The translations under genes were made by a program, and so were the position numbers. From NCBI GenBank assembly GCA_043228905.1, contig JBHGNT010000008.1, forward strand, positions 22,010,001-22,074,000: DNA of 64,000 nucleotides, in the 5' to 3' direction. Positions 36,830 to 49,274 of the stretch are shown piece after piece (the first letter of the stretch is position 1; the number at the start of each line of letters is the position of its first letter). Below the pieces are notes generated by a model, which had not been told where the DNA came from, made no database searches, and saw only the letters and a list, made by a program, of their open reading frames with translations. This DNA comes from Azolla caroliniana. Taxonomy: Eukaryota; Plantae; Polypodiophyta.

Positions 36830-37525
36830 TGACGAGAACTAAGACGCTCCTTCTACACGACGCTCGGCCACAACCGAGCTTAGAATCATACACAGAAAAC
36901 GGGAAATAATGAACGACACGAAGAAGAGACGAGTACGCAGGATGTTTACGTGGAAAAACCCAAACTAAGGGAAAAAACCACGGCAGCCCACAAGCTGCAA
37001 ACTATCGCTATATTAGAAAGTACAACAGTGAGTTCACGGAGGCAACAACCTCGTGCTCACGATCTTCGCCACAGGCGGCGGTTACAACAGAGGCAACGAC
37101 CTCTTTCTCTCTCTCTCTCTCTGTACACAGTTACGCGCTCTCTTTCTCCTTGCACCAACAAGAAATGACAACAACCCATACTAAAAGTTGCCCTAAGTCA
37201 TATTTATAATAATATTACTTTTCGGCTATTTACAAATATAGCCTCGATGGACTCTCAGAAACATATTTACGAATATGTTTCTTCATCCGGTGAGCATTCC
37301 TCACCGGGTTTGCACCATCCGGCTCTCCGTAGTCGGGTACTCCTCATCCGGTTCTCACCGGGTCTGCACCATCCGGCTCTCCGTAGCCGGGTACTCCTCA
37401 TCCGGTTCTCACCGGGTCTGCACCATCTGGTTCTCCATAGTCGGGTACTCCTCATCCGGTTTCAGCCTCGGCCGAGTTTGTTCATCGGCACTGTTCTTCT
37501 CTTTTCCATTCGGAGGGACCTGTCT
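36830..37525 (-). repeat. G 3' LTR with three 54-bp units
   Basis: Repeat of 58390-58977; tandem units at about 37300-37461. Confidence 0.92.
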
Positions 37526-40500
37526 TACTAGTCCGATCCTCTTCCGGCATGCATCCAGCTTGTCGGGTATCAGAACTTTGGTCAGCATATCTGACCCATT
37601 CTCGGCCGTGTGGATCTTCGTCAGCACGAACTCTTGGTCATCTACTCTTTCCCGGATCCAGTGATACCTTCGTTGGATATGCTTCGTCCGGGAATGGTAG
37701 GCCGCATTCTTAGCAAGGTGGATGGCACTTTGACTGTCACAATAGAGTCGGTATTCATCTTGCCGGATACCGAGCTCTCCGATGAAGTCCTTCATCCATA
37801 ATATTTCCTTGCCGGCTTCCACAGCCGCCATGTACTCCGCTTCCGTGGTTGACAACGCAACCGTCTTTCGCAGCCTCGATCGCCACGAAACAGCTCCCCC
37901 TGCATATGTCATTACATACCCGGATGTAGACCGGCTGGTATCCACATCAGCCGACATGTCCGAATCGGTGAAACCGGTCGGTTGAGGTTTTCCGGAGCCG
38001 AATTGGAGATACATGTTTGAAGTGCCCTTCAAATACCGAAGTATCCATTTGACCGCGTTCCAGTGCTCCTTGTCGGAATTGCTCATAAACCGGCTCACCA
38101 CTCCGACTGCGTATCCTATATCCGGTCGGGTACACACCATTGTGTACATCAAGCTCTCGACGGCAGAGGCATATGGAATCTTCATCATATCCGCCTTCGG
38201 GCTTTGCTTACTGGATAGCCTGCAGTTTGCCGGAAGTGTCGATCCGACCGGTTTCGCATCTGACATGTTGAACCGGTGAAGCACCTTTGTCACGTACTTC
38301 TCCTGTGACAGCCATAATTGTTTCTTTGACCGGTCCCAAATGATGTGCATCCCCAGCATCTGTCTTGCCGGACCCAAGTCTTTCATTGAGAAGGTCCGGT
38401 TGAGAGCCTTCTTCAGCATCCATATTTTGGCTTGGTCTCGTCCGACGATCAACATGTCATCCACGTACAGAAGGAGTATCAGGAAGTCGCCTCCTTCGAA
38501 CTTCTTCACAAACACGCAGTGATCGGCCTGCATCTTGTGGTACCCTTGATCGGTCATGAAGGAATCGAACTTCCGGTACCATTGTCGGGGAGCCTGCTTT
38601 AGTCCGTACAAGCTCTTCTTCAGTCGGCATATCAGGTGCTCCTTCCCTTTCTCCACAAATCCTTCCAGTTGCTGCATGTAGATCTCCTCTTCGAGATCGC
38701 CGTGAAGGAATGTCGTCTTCACGTCCAGCTGCTCTACCTCAAGGTCCATGCTTGCCGCTATACTCAGCACCGTCCGGATGGAGGTCATCTTTACAACCGG
38801 AGCAAATATCTCGTCAAAGTCCACGCCCTTTTTCTGCTGGAACCCCTTCACCACGATCCTGGCTTTGTATCTCAGGGGGTTGCCGGCATCTCCCGGTTTC
38901 AACTTGTACACCCACTTGTTTCGGAGTGCCCGCTTTTCTTTCGGCAACTCCACCAATTCATACATATGGTTCTCATGCAGGGAATCCATCTCATCCTGCA
39001 TGGCACTTAACCATTTGCGGTTGTGGGCGTCATCCTTCGCTTCTTCGAAGCATTCCGGCTCCCCCTCATCGGTCAGCAAAACATGCTCTACATCCGGAAA
39101 TCTCCGGGGGGCACTTCTCTCTCTGAGAGGATATCTCCCTCTTCGGGCTTCGGTAACCGGCTCCTCCATTTGCTCTTCATCCAAATCCGATTCGGGGTCT
39201 TGGCCGGTTCCGGTTTCAACTTCCTCTACTTCTTCAGCCTGTTCGGTATCCTCACCGTAACCGGCTTGTCCCTCGAGTGTTAACCGGTCTCTTGCCGGTT
39301 GGGTCTGCTCATCGTAGAGTCGATCCTTACCGATCGACTCGGAGTTCATTATCTTCTTCTCCGACTCCCAGTCGGCGAGCTTCTTGTCCTCCATGAAGAT
39401 AATATCTCGACTTCGGAATACCTTCTTGTCGACCAGGTCCCACACTCGGTAGCCGAACTCATCGTCACCGTAACCGAGGAATATGCATGGCCGGGTCTTT
39501 GGATCTAACTTTCCTCTTCGGTCCTTAGCTACATGCACGTACGCGAGACACCCGAACACCTTCAGATGCCGGTAGGATACTTCCTTACCAGTCCACACTC
39601 TCTGTGGTGTGTCTCCGTCCAAGCGTACTAAGGGTGATCTATTTATCACATATGTCGTCGTCGACAGTGCCTCAGCCCAAAACTTCTTGGGTAGTTTTGC
39701 ATGCGCTAGCATACTCTGGACCCTCTCCATTATGGTCCGGTTCATCCTCTCAGCCAGTCCGTTTAATTCCGGCGTCTTCGGCATGGTAAATTCAAGCCGG
39801 ATTCCCTTCGAGCGGCAGTACTCCTCGAACTGCCCCCGATATTCTCCTTCGTTATCTGCTCGAACCGCCTTCAACTTCCGGCCGGTTTCTCTTTCCACTC
39901 TCGCGTGGAGCTCTTTGAAGACGGATAGCACCTGATCCTTTGTCTTCAACGGTGAGTCCCACAGCTTCCCGCTGTGGTCATCTATGAACGTCACGAAGTA
40001 CTGCGCTCCGGCATGTGACTTCGTGTCCACTTGACACACATCCGTATGCACCAACTCCAGTGGTGCATTATGTCTCATCGGTGGCCTTGGTCGGAAGGAG
40101 GTCCAGTTTTGCTTACCGGCCATACAATCAGTGCACTTCTCCAAGTGCACGTTCTTCACTGGAATGAGGTTGTCGTCTGCAAGCCTCTTCATCCCCTTCT
40201 CGCTCATATGACACAGCCTCTTGTGCCACAACTCACCGGCAGTGTCGGATGCCACGTTCACTTCTTCCGGACATAACCGGGCATTCATCAGGTACAGTGT
40301 GTTGACCTTTCGGGCCCGAGCCACAATCAGGCTCCCTTTGCTGAACTTCATGACACCGTTCCCGATGCTACCCGTGTAGCCTTCATCATCTAGCCGACCG
40401 GCTGATATCAGGTTCAGTCGAACCTCCGGAACATGTCGGACATCCTTCAGCAGCAACTTGCATCCGGTTGGTGTTATCAGCCACACGTCTCCTAGGCCGA

Positions 40501-40533
40501 CAATTCGGCATGTACCTTCATTCCCCATCCGGA
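37409..40533 (-). pseudogene. G pol (PR-IN-RT-RH), frame still open but separated from gag by D
   Basis: 1046-aa ORF very similar to E pol; reads through into the LTR. Confidence 0.95.
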
Positions 40534-40964
40534 TGTTACCGGCCGGCAAAGGGTCCAGAGTGTGAAACGGGGAGTTATTTAATTAGTAGGAATGGTTGTA
40601 AGTAAGTTATGAATGTGGACGGACAGACCGGAATCGGTATGTCGTTCCGGATCCGGACTGATCCCGAACAGGTGCAGATGGCACCGTTTTGTAATACAGA
40701 CCAGAGACCTATTTAAAGGCCCGGATACAATGTAATGAACAGCAGTTAATTAATAAAGCTTAGTTTTGTTATCTCTCTGTGTTAATTGTCGTTCTGCATT
40801 CATTGTTATATCTTACGCGTGTGATTATTAAAGACGATCATGCTAAGTAACCTAATTAAGTCGGATTAATCGTTGAGTCTAATCCTGTTGCCGTAACACC
40901 CTTTCGTGAAGTGTCTTCCGTAGACACCCTATGTTAGGCCATTGTCCAACCCTAAGAGTTAACA
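40534..40964 (+). repeat. D 5' LTR
   Basis: TATTTAAA at 40710-40717 followed by AATAAA at 40752-40757, consistent with + strand transcription. Confidence 0.95.
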
Positions 40965-40971
40965 CAGTTTT

Positions 40972-40982
40972 TGGCGACCACG
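40972..40982 (+). promoter_or_regulatory. Short sense PBS of D (tRNA-Arg, UCG-like)
   Basis: TGGCGACCACG 7 nt after the LTR. Confidence 0.65.
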
Positions 40983-41013
40983 ATTCCTGTTTTTGAAGTG
41001 AACGACGACACGG

Positions 41014-44000
41014 ATGGATGACTAGATCGAACTCGACGCCTTGCCGAAAGGCAAAGGAGACGTGAGGCTTTCTAGCAAGCGGCGCAGGAAATTAGAGCGG
41101 ATCGCTCGTTTTCCAACGTAATCCGGAGAGTAGCGGAGGACTCCCTCTGGTTACAGCAAACATCGCACCCGGACGACGGCAGCAGCCTAAGCAGCCTCCG
41201 GGAAACCGAATCCCTTCTCCAGGCGTTGGCAAACAGAGAAGGCGAAGCAGAAGCCTTTTCAGCGTATGAATCGGACTCCGAAGGGGAATACAGCGTGCAC
41301 ACGAACTACTGTCGCAGCAACGAAACCCCGGGCGGACCGGACGACGAAGGATCGGATACCTTACCGACACCGGAACCGGAAGTGCTAACGCTGGAACCCC
41401 CCGAACCAGCAGAGGAAGAGCGACCTCCGACACCAGAAGTCGAAGAGGAGAGGCCTCCGTCACCAAAAGAAGAGGAAAGACCACCGACGCCGGAAACAAA
41501 TCGGGAAAGACCACCGACGCCGGAGAAAATCCCAGAACGAGCACCAACACTGCCAGCCCGCGCATCGATACAGGACAACGACATGTCGTTCCAGTACTCC
41601 AAGTATAGAGATGATCCGGACGCGGAAGCTCATGTGCACGCCTTTGAACAGACATGGGAAGCCAACCATGTGTCCCAACAATTGACCCCGGATGAAGAGG
41701 AACGCTCTAAGATAGCGGAATTTGGCGTCACATTGGAGGGACCGGCAGCAAGATGGCGCCGGACGCAGGACCCGTCTACCATCAACACCTTTGCAGATTT
41801 AAAAGCTAAATTCTTGCATTTTTTCCAAAAGGAGGTGGACCAGACCGTAATGGTAGGCTTATTTTATACCATCCGACAGGAAGCAGGGTAGAGCATTCCC
41901 CAGTTTGTCATCCGGTTTCAATGGATACATAGTCAGCTTGCCCACGCACCCCCGGAGGAGGAATTATGAACTATATTCCTAAACGCGCTCCGGGAACCCC
42001 TACGCACGGTTTGCACGGTAATTGACTTCCGCACAAGTACCATCGACCAGGTCATTGACCGGGTGAGAGAGATGGAAAAGACAAGCTCCTGGCTCACACT
42101 GGGAACACTCCAACGGGCATTACCGTCCGATGAAGACCTCCGGTTTCGGCAAGCAATACAGTGCACAACCTGCTTGAATTCCGGACACTCGGCTCTAGAA
42201 TGCACTATGAGGACGCAATGTGTAATCTGTTAATCCAAGGGCCATACGACGGATAGGTGCGAGTATAATCTATTGAACCGGCAAGCACCGCCCGTCCGAC
42301 AAATTGAGCCACGCAGCAGCTAGGATGAAGAAGAGGAACGTTGGCGGCGAATGGACCGCGACCAACGGGCACAGGATGTCCGGTATGGCGATCGACGGGA
42401 GAATGATGTCCGGTACGGTGATCGGCGGGATAACTATGACCGGCATGATCGGTATCGGGATTACAATAGACGATACGAACATTACGACCGGGAGCACTCC
42501 CCCGGGTATCGTCAGCAACGGGAGGAATACAGCAGATATAACGGGCAACCCCGTCAAGAGTACCGCAATAAGAAGAGCTATAACAAAAAACGGCATTTCA
42601 AAAAATGCGGCTACCCACGGGATCCGGAACAAGGAGCTTCAAGCAGCCAACCGACCCAAAACCCTGCGCGTACCATAGGACCTGCCTCGGGTACAACAGA
42701 CAATGCTGAATCCAGCAATACCCGGAAAGCCTACTGCTACTACTGCCGACAGGAAGGCCATTATAGTAATCAATGCCTGGTGAAGAGCTATGAAAAACGA
42801 CCGGTGGTAAATATGGTAGTCCCTAAGGTGGCAGATTTGCAGCAGGTGACAACAAGGTCGAAGGGCATGGCCAAGGAATGGGAGACGCAGGAGACCATCC
42901 GGAAACAAGCGACGGAATGGGTGAAGAAAGCAAACGAGCAGAATGTCACAGACTTACAGCGGCAAAAGGAGAACACCGTAGGGCTTGCCGACAGCAGTCA
43001 CTCCGAGAACGAGACATGGCAGGCGTTGCAAGAATGCCAGATTACGCTGCCACTAGGAAGACTCCTGCAACTCGTGCCAAGATTCACGGAAGGACTGAAG
43101 ACGGCCATGACAGCAGGAGAATCATCACCGGCACCGGTACTCTTCTCGAATCCGGAGGAGGGACCAACGGTGGTGGACACCAACAGTCCGGTAATCACTG
43201 CCATTGTAAAAGGGAAAGAACTCCCCGGCACAGTTATAGACGGAGGCTCTGGGGTGAATGTAATAAGCCTCCGGACGTGTGATGCCCTAGGAATCCACGA
43301 GTGGGAGCCGTGTCCATTCTAGTTGCGGATGGCCAATACAAGCTCAGTGCGGCCGACATGATTAATACGGAAATTAGAAGTCACCGTGGGCGGTCATACA
43401 TTTCACATCTCGGTAGTAGTGCTACAATTACAGGCACAAGGCGCATACCCGCTATTGCTGGGGAGGCCGTGGTTGAAAGCGGCACATATCAAACAGAATT
43501 GGAGGAAAAATATAATTACGAGGAAAAATATAATTACCTTCCGGCGAGGAAAAGCCAAGGTACAGGTACCAACACAGCCAAGGACGAGCACTGGCAAGGA
43601 ATGTACACCGTTGTATGTAAAATGCGTCAACATGCTAGAGGGGTTAGCTGACGAAGAAGAAGCTCAGTACTTGCAAGAAAACCCGAAGATCATACCCCTC
43701 TTCAAAATTGACATTGCCAAAGCAGTAGCACCATACTTACCGCAACCGGAAGAGGCTGAAGCAGAACCAGATAAAGACGCAATCCGGGAGTTGCGGAAAG
43801 CGCAGGAAGCGTTGGAACGGGAAATGGCTGTTTCACAGCGCGTAAAAGCGTCGCAACTAGAAGAGGTGAACCTACGGATCATGGACGAAGCAAAACCCGT
43901 GCACATCGCCAAGGAGATGAAGTCCGAAGACAAAACGGCGATGATCACACTTCTCACGGAATTTCGCAATGTGTTCGCCTAGTCATACGAAGACATGCGA

Positions 44001-46799
44001 GGACTCGACCCTCAATTATACCAGCATCAGGTTCACTTGAGCAAGGACGCAAAACCAGTGGCACAAAGACGGTACCGGATGAATCCCAATTATGCCGCCA
44101 AAGTCAAGGAGGAAATCGACAAACTGCTAAGAGTTGGCTTTATCCGTCCAGTAAAGAAAGCGACATGGCTGAGCCCGATCGTAGTCGTACCGAAGAAGAA
44201 AGGAAAAATTCGAGTTTGTGTGGATTACCGGAAACTCAATGCAGCTACGGTAACGGATGCGTTTCCACTTCCGTTCACAGATGGAGTGTTGGATGTCGTC
44301 CCCGGCCATGAGGTCTATAGCTTCCTAGACGGATTCAGCGGGTATAATCAGATCCGGATGCACCCCGACGACCAAGAGAAAACGGCTTTCGTCACCGAAT
44401 GGGGGGTGTTTGTGGCCATGGTGATGATGTTCGGACTCAAAACGGCACCGGCAACATTTCAACGAATCATCATGGAAATCTTTGGTGAATATATTCCGGC
44501 TTTTATGCAAGTTTTCCTTGACGATTTCGCTGTCTATAGCCGGGAGGAGGACCATTTTCAGCACCTTCGTCTTTGTCTAGAAAAGTGTAGAGCGTACCGA
44601 CTAAGCTTGAATCCGGCAAAGTGTGTATTTGGCGTGTCCAGTTGAACTTTATTAGGACATATTGTGAGCCAGGAAGGAATTGCAGTCGACCCGGACAAAG
44701 TGAAAGCCATATTGGAAGCACCGGCGCCGACAACGGCAAAAGCATTAAGCCGGTTCTTAGGCCAGATCCGGCGGCACAGCCGGATGCTCCGATACTTGGC
44801 CGACCTGGCTACACCGTTGCATGCCGCCGTACATCGGACACCATTCCAGTGGACCGACACTGAGGATAGGGCGTATAGGGCCCTCAAGGTACTATTGTCG
44901 CAAGCACCGGTAGTGCAGCCTCCGGATTGGAGTAAAGAATTTCATGTGTTTGTGGACGCCTCCGATATCGCAATCGGAAGCGTACTGATGCAGCTTACGG
45001 AGCCAAAGTGGTATCGGCCAGTGTACTATGCCAGCCGAAAGCTATCCCAAGCAGAACGGAACTACTCTACCACGGAACGGGAAGCTCTAGGGATGATCTA
45101 CAGTGTGACAAAGTTTCGACATTATTTGTTGGGAAGGAAGTTTTCCTTCCATGTAGATCATTCGGCACTCCTTTACCTGGTGTCCAAAGCGTCACTCACT
45201 AGCAAATTGGCCCGGTGGACCTTACTGTTACAGGAATTCGAGTTTGAAATATTCCACCGACCCGGTATACAGCATGTCGTGGCGGATTACTTAAGCCGAT
45301 TAGAGTCCGGAGAGACGAGTGACGGAGTAGCGAATGAGTTTCCGGATGCGGAGCTGTTTCGAGTCACTACGGAAACGGCAGCAGATGAGATGGTGGCACA
45401 GGAAGACAAATGGCTCACAAATATGCACCAGTTTCTAAGCACAGGACTGCCTTCGGAAGAGATGAACCGGGACGAACAGGAACGCCTGGCGGTGCAAAGC
45501 CGACATTTTTGCTTACTACAAGACACACTTTACCACAAGGGCGCGGACAGCATATGGAGACGGGTTGTGCACAGCAATGAAAAGGACCTCATACTGAGAG
45601 AAGCCCACTGCGGAGTTGCCGGAGGTCACTATGCCGGAGATTCGACGGCTAGGAAAATATGGCAAAGTGGCCTATGGTGGCCAACGACATTAAGAGATGC
45701 GGTACGGTACGCAAAAGAATGTGACCTATGCCAACGAATGGGCCAGCGAACGGAGCAGGCTCGTATGCCACACCAGTCGGTACTACCACTCGAGCCATTC
45801 CAGAAGTGGGGGTTGGACTTTGTTGGACCGTTCAAACCACCAGCAATGAGAACGGGTAATCGGTACGTCATCGTCGCGACGGATTACTGCACAAAATGGG
45901 TGGAGGCCAAAGCCTTAAGAGACAACACCGTTGCATCAACGGCGAAATTTCTATACGAGTACATCTGGTGCCATTATGGATGCCCAATCGAATTAATAAG
46001 CGACCAAGGGGGGCACTTTCTCGGCCAAGTAGTTGAAAGCCTGACGACATTCTATGCCGTTGTCCATAAACGGAGCACACCATACTATCCGCAAGCAAAC
46101 GGGTTAGCGGAATCGACGAACAAAACGCTCCAGAATATCTTCCGGAAGATCGTCAACGAAAACTGAACGGATTGGGATACCAAGCTACATAGCGCGCTTT
46201 GGGCATACCGGACGGCATACAAAACGAGCATCCGAACAACACCGTTCCGGTTAGCGTTCGGACTAGAGGCGGTAATGCCGGTGGAATTCCAAGTACCCAG
46301 CTTACGGATACAGCTACGGGAACGGCTGAATGAGAAGGAGTCGGAGGCAATATGGTTAACAGCGTTGTGTGAACTCGAGGAACAACGACTGGCAAGCATC
46401 CTGCACTTAGAATTGGAACAACGGCGACGGAAAGTATTTGTTGACCGGCACAGGAAAGGAAACGAAAAAATGTTCGCAATCGGCAAACCGGTGTTAGTAT
46501 TTCAAACCCGGATGGGTAAGATGCCGGGTAAACTACGGTTTAGATGGACCGGACCGTATTGGCTAACACGGGAATATAATGGGTCCTACCAGTTAGGGAC
46601 ACTTTCCGGCGAACTGCTAGGCAAATGGGTCAACGAATTCCGATTGAAGCCATATAGAGGACCGATGCCTAAGAACCCATTCGAGCAAAGGACCGACACC
46701 GATGAGGGAAACGGCAACCACCAAGACAGCAGAGACGGCGAGCCGGTAACTGGGGAGAATGAGGCCGATAAGGGTCCGAGAGGACCAACGGACAAGTAA
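41014..46799 (+). pseudogene. D gag-pol, several in-frame stops
   Basis: EERPPTPE repeats, capsid-like region, CCHC knuckles, VIDGGSGVNVI, FLDGFSGYNQI, VFLDDF, VFVDASDIAIG, WGLDFVGPF, WTGPY; start approximate. Confidence 0.94.
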
Positions 46800-47174
46800 T
46801 GTCACACTAGTAATCATGAAAAAAAAAAAAAAAAAAAACAAAGTAATCATGCAAAAGCGAGGAATGAATGGATGAAAGAGCGAGGAGCGAAAAGGTACGT
46901 AGTGGGCATTTAAAGCGCCACCACAGGACATAATGCTATTTTAGTACACGACGTGCACACACTCGAAAAAGGCGCCAGAATGCACAGAGAAAAACCACTG
47001 CGCGTGGAGACCCTTTACTTTCGCGAACCCAGGAGCACAGAAGCCCCAAGGCGCTGCAAGATCATCAGACGAGAACCTACGCACAGAGAACCCCCGCCTT
47101 CTGAACTCTCTCTCTCTCAATCTCACTTTCATCACCATCCAACCTCGCCACCGCAATCCGACCTCGACACAGAC

Positions 47175-49274
47175 ATGGACCCGCAAATGTTGTCGGAAGC
47201 CGCCAAGACATGGCTAAAGCAACACGGGCTCAAGGGCTTCTTGATGATGATGGAAGTACCGCCACACAAAGAAGTCGATAAGGTGATCAAAGAAATCGAC
47301 ACAGAGGTCATAACGGAGGAGGCGATCCGTGCGTTAACAGGCCTTCCGGAGGGAGGCATATTTACGATCGACAATCCGACCTCGGAGCAACTCATCAAGT
47401 ATTTTGGTGAGTACTCCCTAGCCAGCAAGAGCTACCGGACACAGGGCGGCGGAGATATGTTGTTCCGTGAGATTGTTCGGGTGCTCCACGAATACGGCCA
47501 TGTGTACCCTAGACCCCCTGTCATGCCGCAGAACCGAGCAGGGATGATCATCGCCACCTATGAAGGGATCAAGGTGGATTGGCCGGTATTGATCGCAGAC
47601 GGGTTGTGTGCGGCGATCGAGATCGTCAGAGGCAAAGACGGCAAAGAAGGCCGAGACGGACGGAGGATATGGCACGCCTCAACGCAGTGGCTCACCTTGC
47701 TTGTGCCACCCGTCCAGCCCAAGAAGCGAGGAAGAGTGGCGGACGGCACCCCAAAGACGGCTTCCAAACGACAACAGTTGTTGGCCTCTAAGGCCACTAA
47801 GGGGAAGGCGGCAAACGTAGAACAGGCAGGAAAGGAGAGTGGCAGCCGGAAGCGGCCAACGGATGCGCAGGAGGAACCACCGGCACGGCCCGTAAAGGTT
47901 ACACTCCGTCGACCAGTGAATAGAGAAGCGAACCCCTTGGCGGCAAAACTCAATGTCGGGACTCAGGAAGAGGACATAGAGGAGGAGCCTACGGAGCACC
48001 TCCAGCGACGGTCGTCGGCAAGGACCGTTGAGGTAGCCGGGAAACGTTCAGACCCTCAGACGGAGGGAACACCGGCTCCCCATACTGAGACTCCCACGCC
48101 AAGGGAGGAACCGGAACCGGTGCGCGTGGCACCGGAATCAGAAGCCCCGGCTCCACCAGCAACACCGGCAAGTCCCATCCCGCCAGAGCCGGAAAGGTCA
48201 ATGCAGCCTCCCTCGGCCAACCAAGAAGAAGCGCAAGGGGAACCAGGACAACAAGGTGGTCCACGGGCAGAAACAGAGTTGCAACTCGGCGCAACCAGGC
48301 GGGACCACCCATCTACAAGTCAACCCATTTGTCAAACCTCCGTGCAAGCACAACAATACACCGGTAGCCTGTGGCTCCGGTGGATAGGCGAACAGATAGC
48401 CGGAGCAGTGGGGTATATTGAGGCGGAAGAAAGAGCGGAAAACGAACAGTTGCTCGTCACAACCGAACAACTAGAGACGGCATGGTCCAGAATCCGGTGC
48501 CTTGAAAAAGACTTGGATCAGGTCACGACAGAGATGGCCAAAATGGCCTTAACGGCAACACAGATCCAATCACTGGTGACTCCGGTAAGTGTACAGAATA
48601 AAGAAACGGATCGACCTGTACATACCAATAAGACCCCGGCAACGGAAACCGTTCCGGCGAGAGATGTGGCGCAAGCCCAGGAGCTTTGTGGAATTGAGAG
48701 ATGAACTTGCCGCACAAGAAGCGTTAAGGAGCCGTGAACGGGAATTAAAGACAGCGGCCGAAGCCGAATTAAAGAAGACTGTTGAGAACCTCCGGCGAAC
48801 AGAGGAGAGCCTCCGGAAAGGCCATCAAGCGTACGACCGGCTAAAGGGAGGAAAAAGACAAAGTGCTGCAGGAAAAGGACAAGCTGCAGAAGTCGGCGGA
48901 AACGGAAATTGAACGGCTAAAGGAAGAGCTCCGCCAGCAGAAGGACCGCGAGGACCGGGCCCGTCGACAGATCAACTCACGGCTCAAGCAAAAGACAGAT
49001 GATTTTGAGCACCTGCACCGGGACTACAAACGGCTGGAAACGGAGCATAAGGAACAGATGGCCAAGCTCCAGGAGGAATTGATCGGGCCGCAACGGCAAT
49101 CACCGACGAACGTGCAGAAAATACAAGAGGCTTGGACGAGGCCGAGAAGGTCCGGATGGAGCTCCAGAGGCAGCAGCAGGAAGAAAAGGAGAGAGAGTCA
49201 ACGGTATTGCAGAAATTACAAAGCACATATCAAAGGCAATTGACGCATTACAAGGAGCAGGCGGAAGACAACGT
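47175..49274 (+). pseudogene. D extra ORF (ORF3), N-terminal and central part
   Basis: 583-aa open frame plus frameshifted coiled-coil-like continuation; similar to B ORF3; interrupted by C2. Confidence 0.85.

Noticed and set aside
37300-37461. CRISPR-like array
   Set aside because: Head-to-tail units without unique spacers, inside an LTR; no cas genes
43500-43540. Short tandem duplications (RKNIIT twice in D; EEEQEEL twice near 19850; AKD twice near 3895)
   Set aside because: Ordinary post-insertion slippage or repair scars in dead copies
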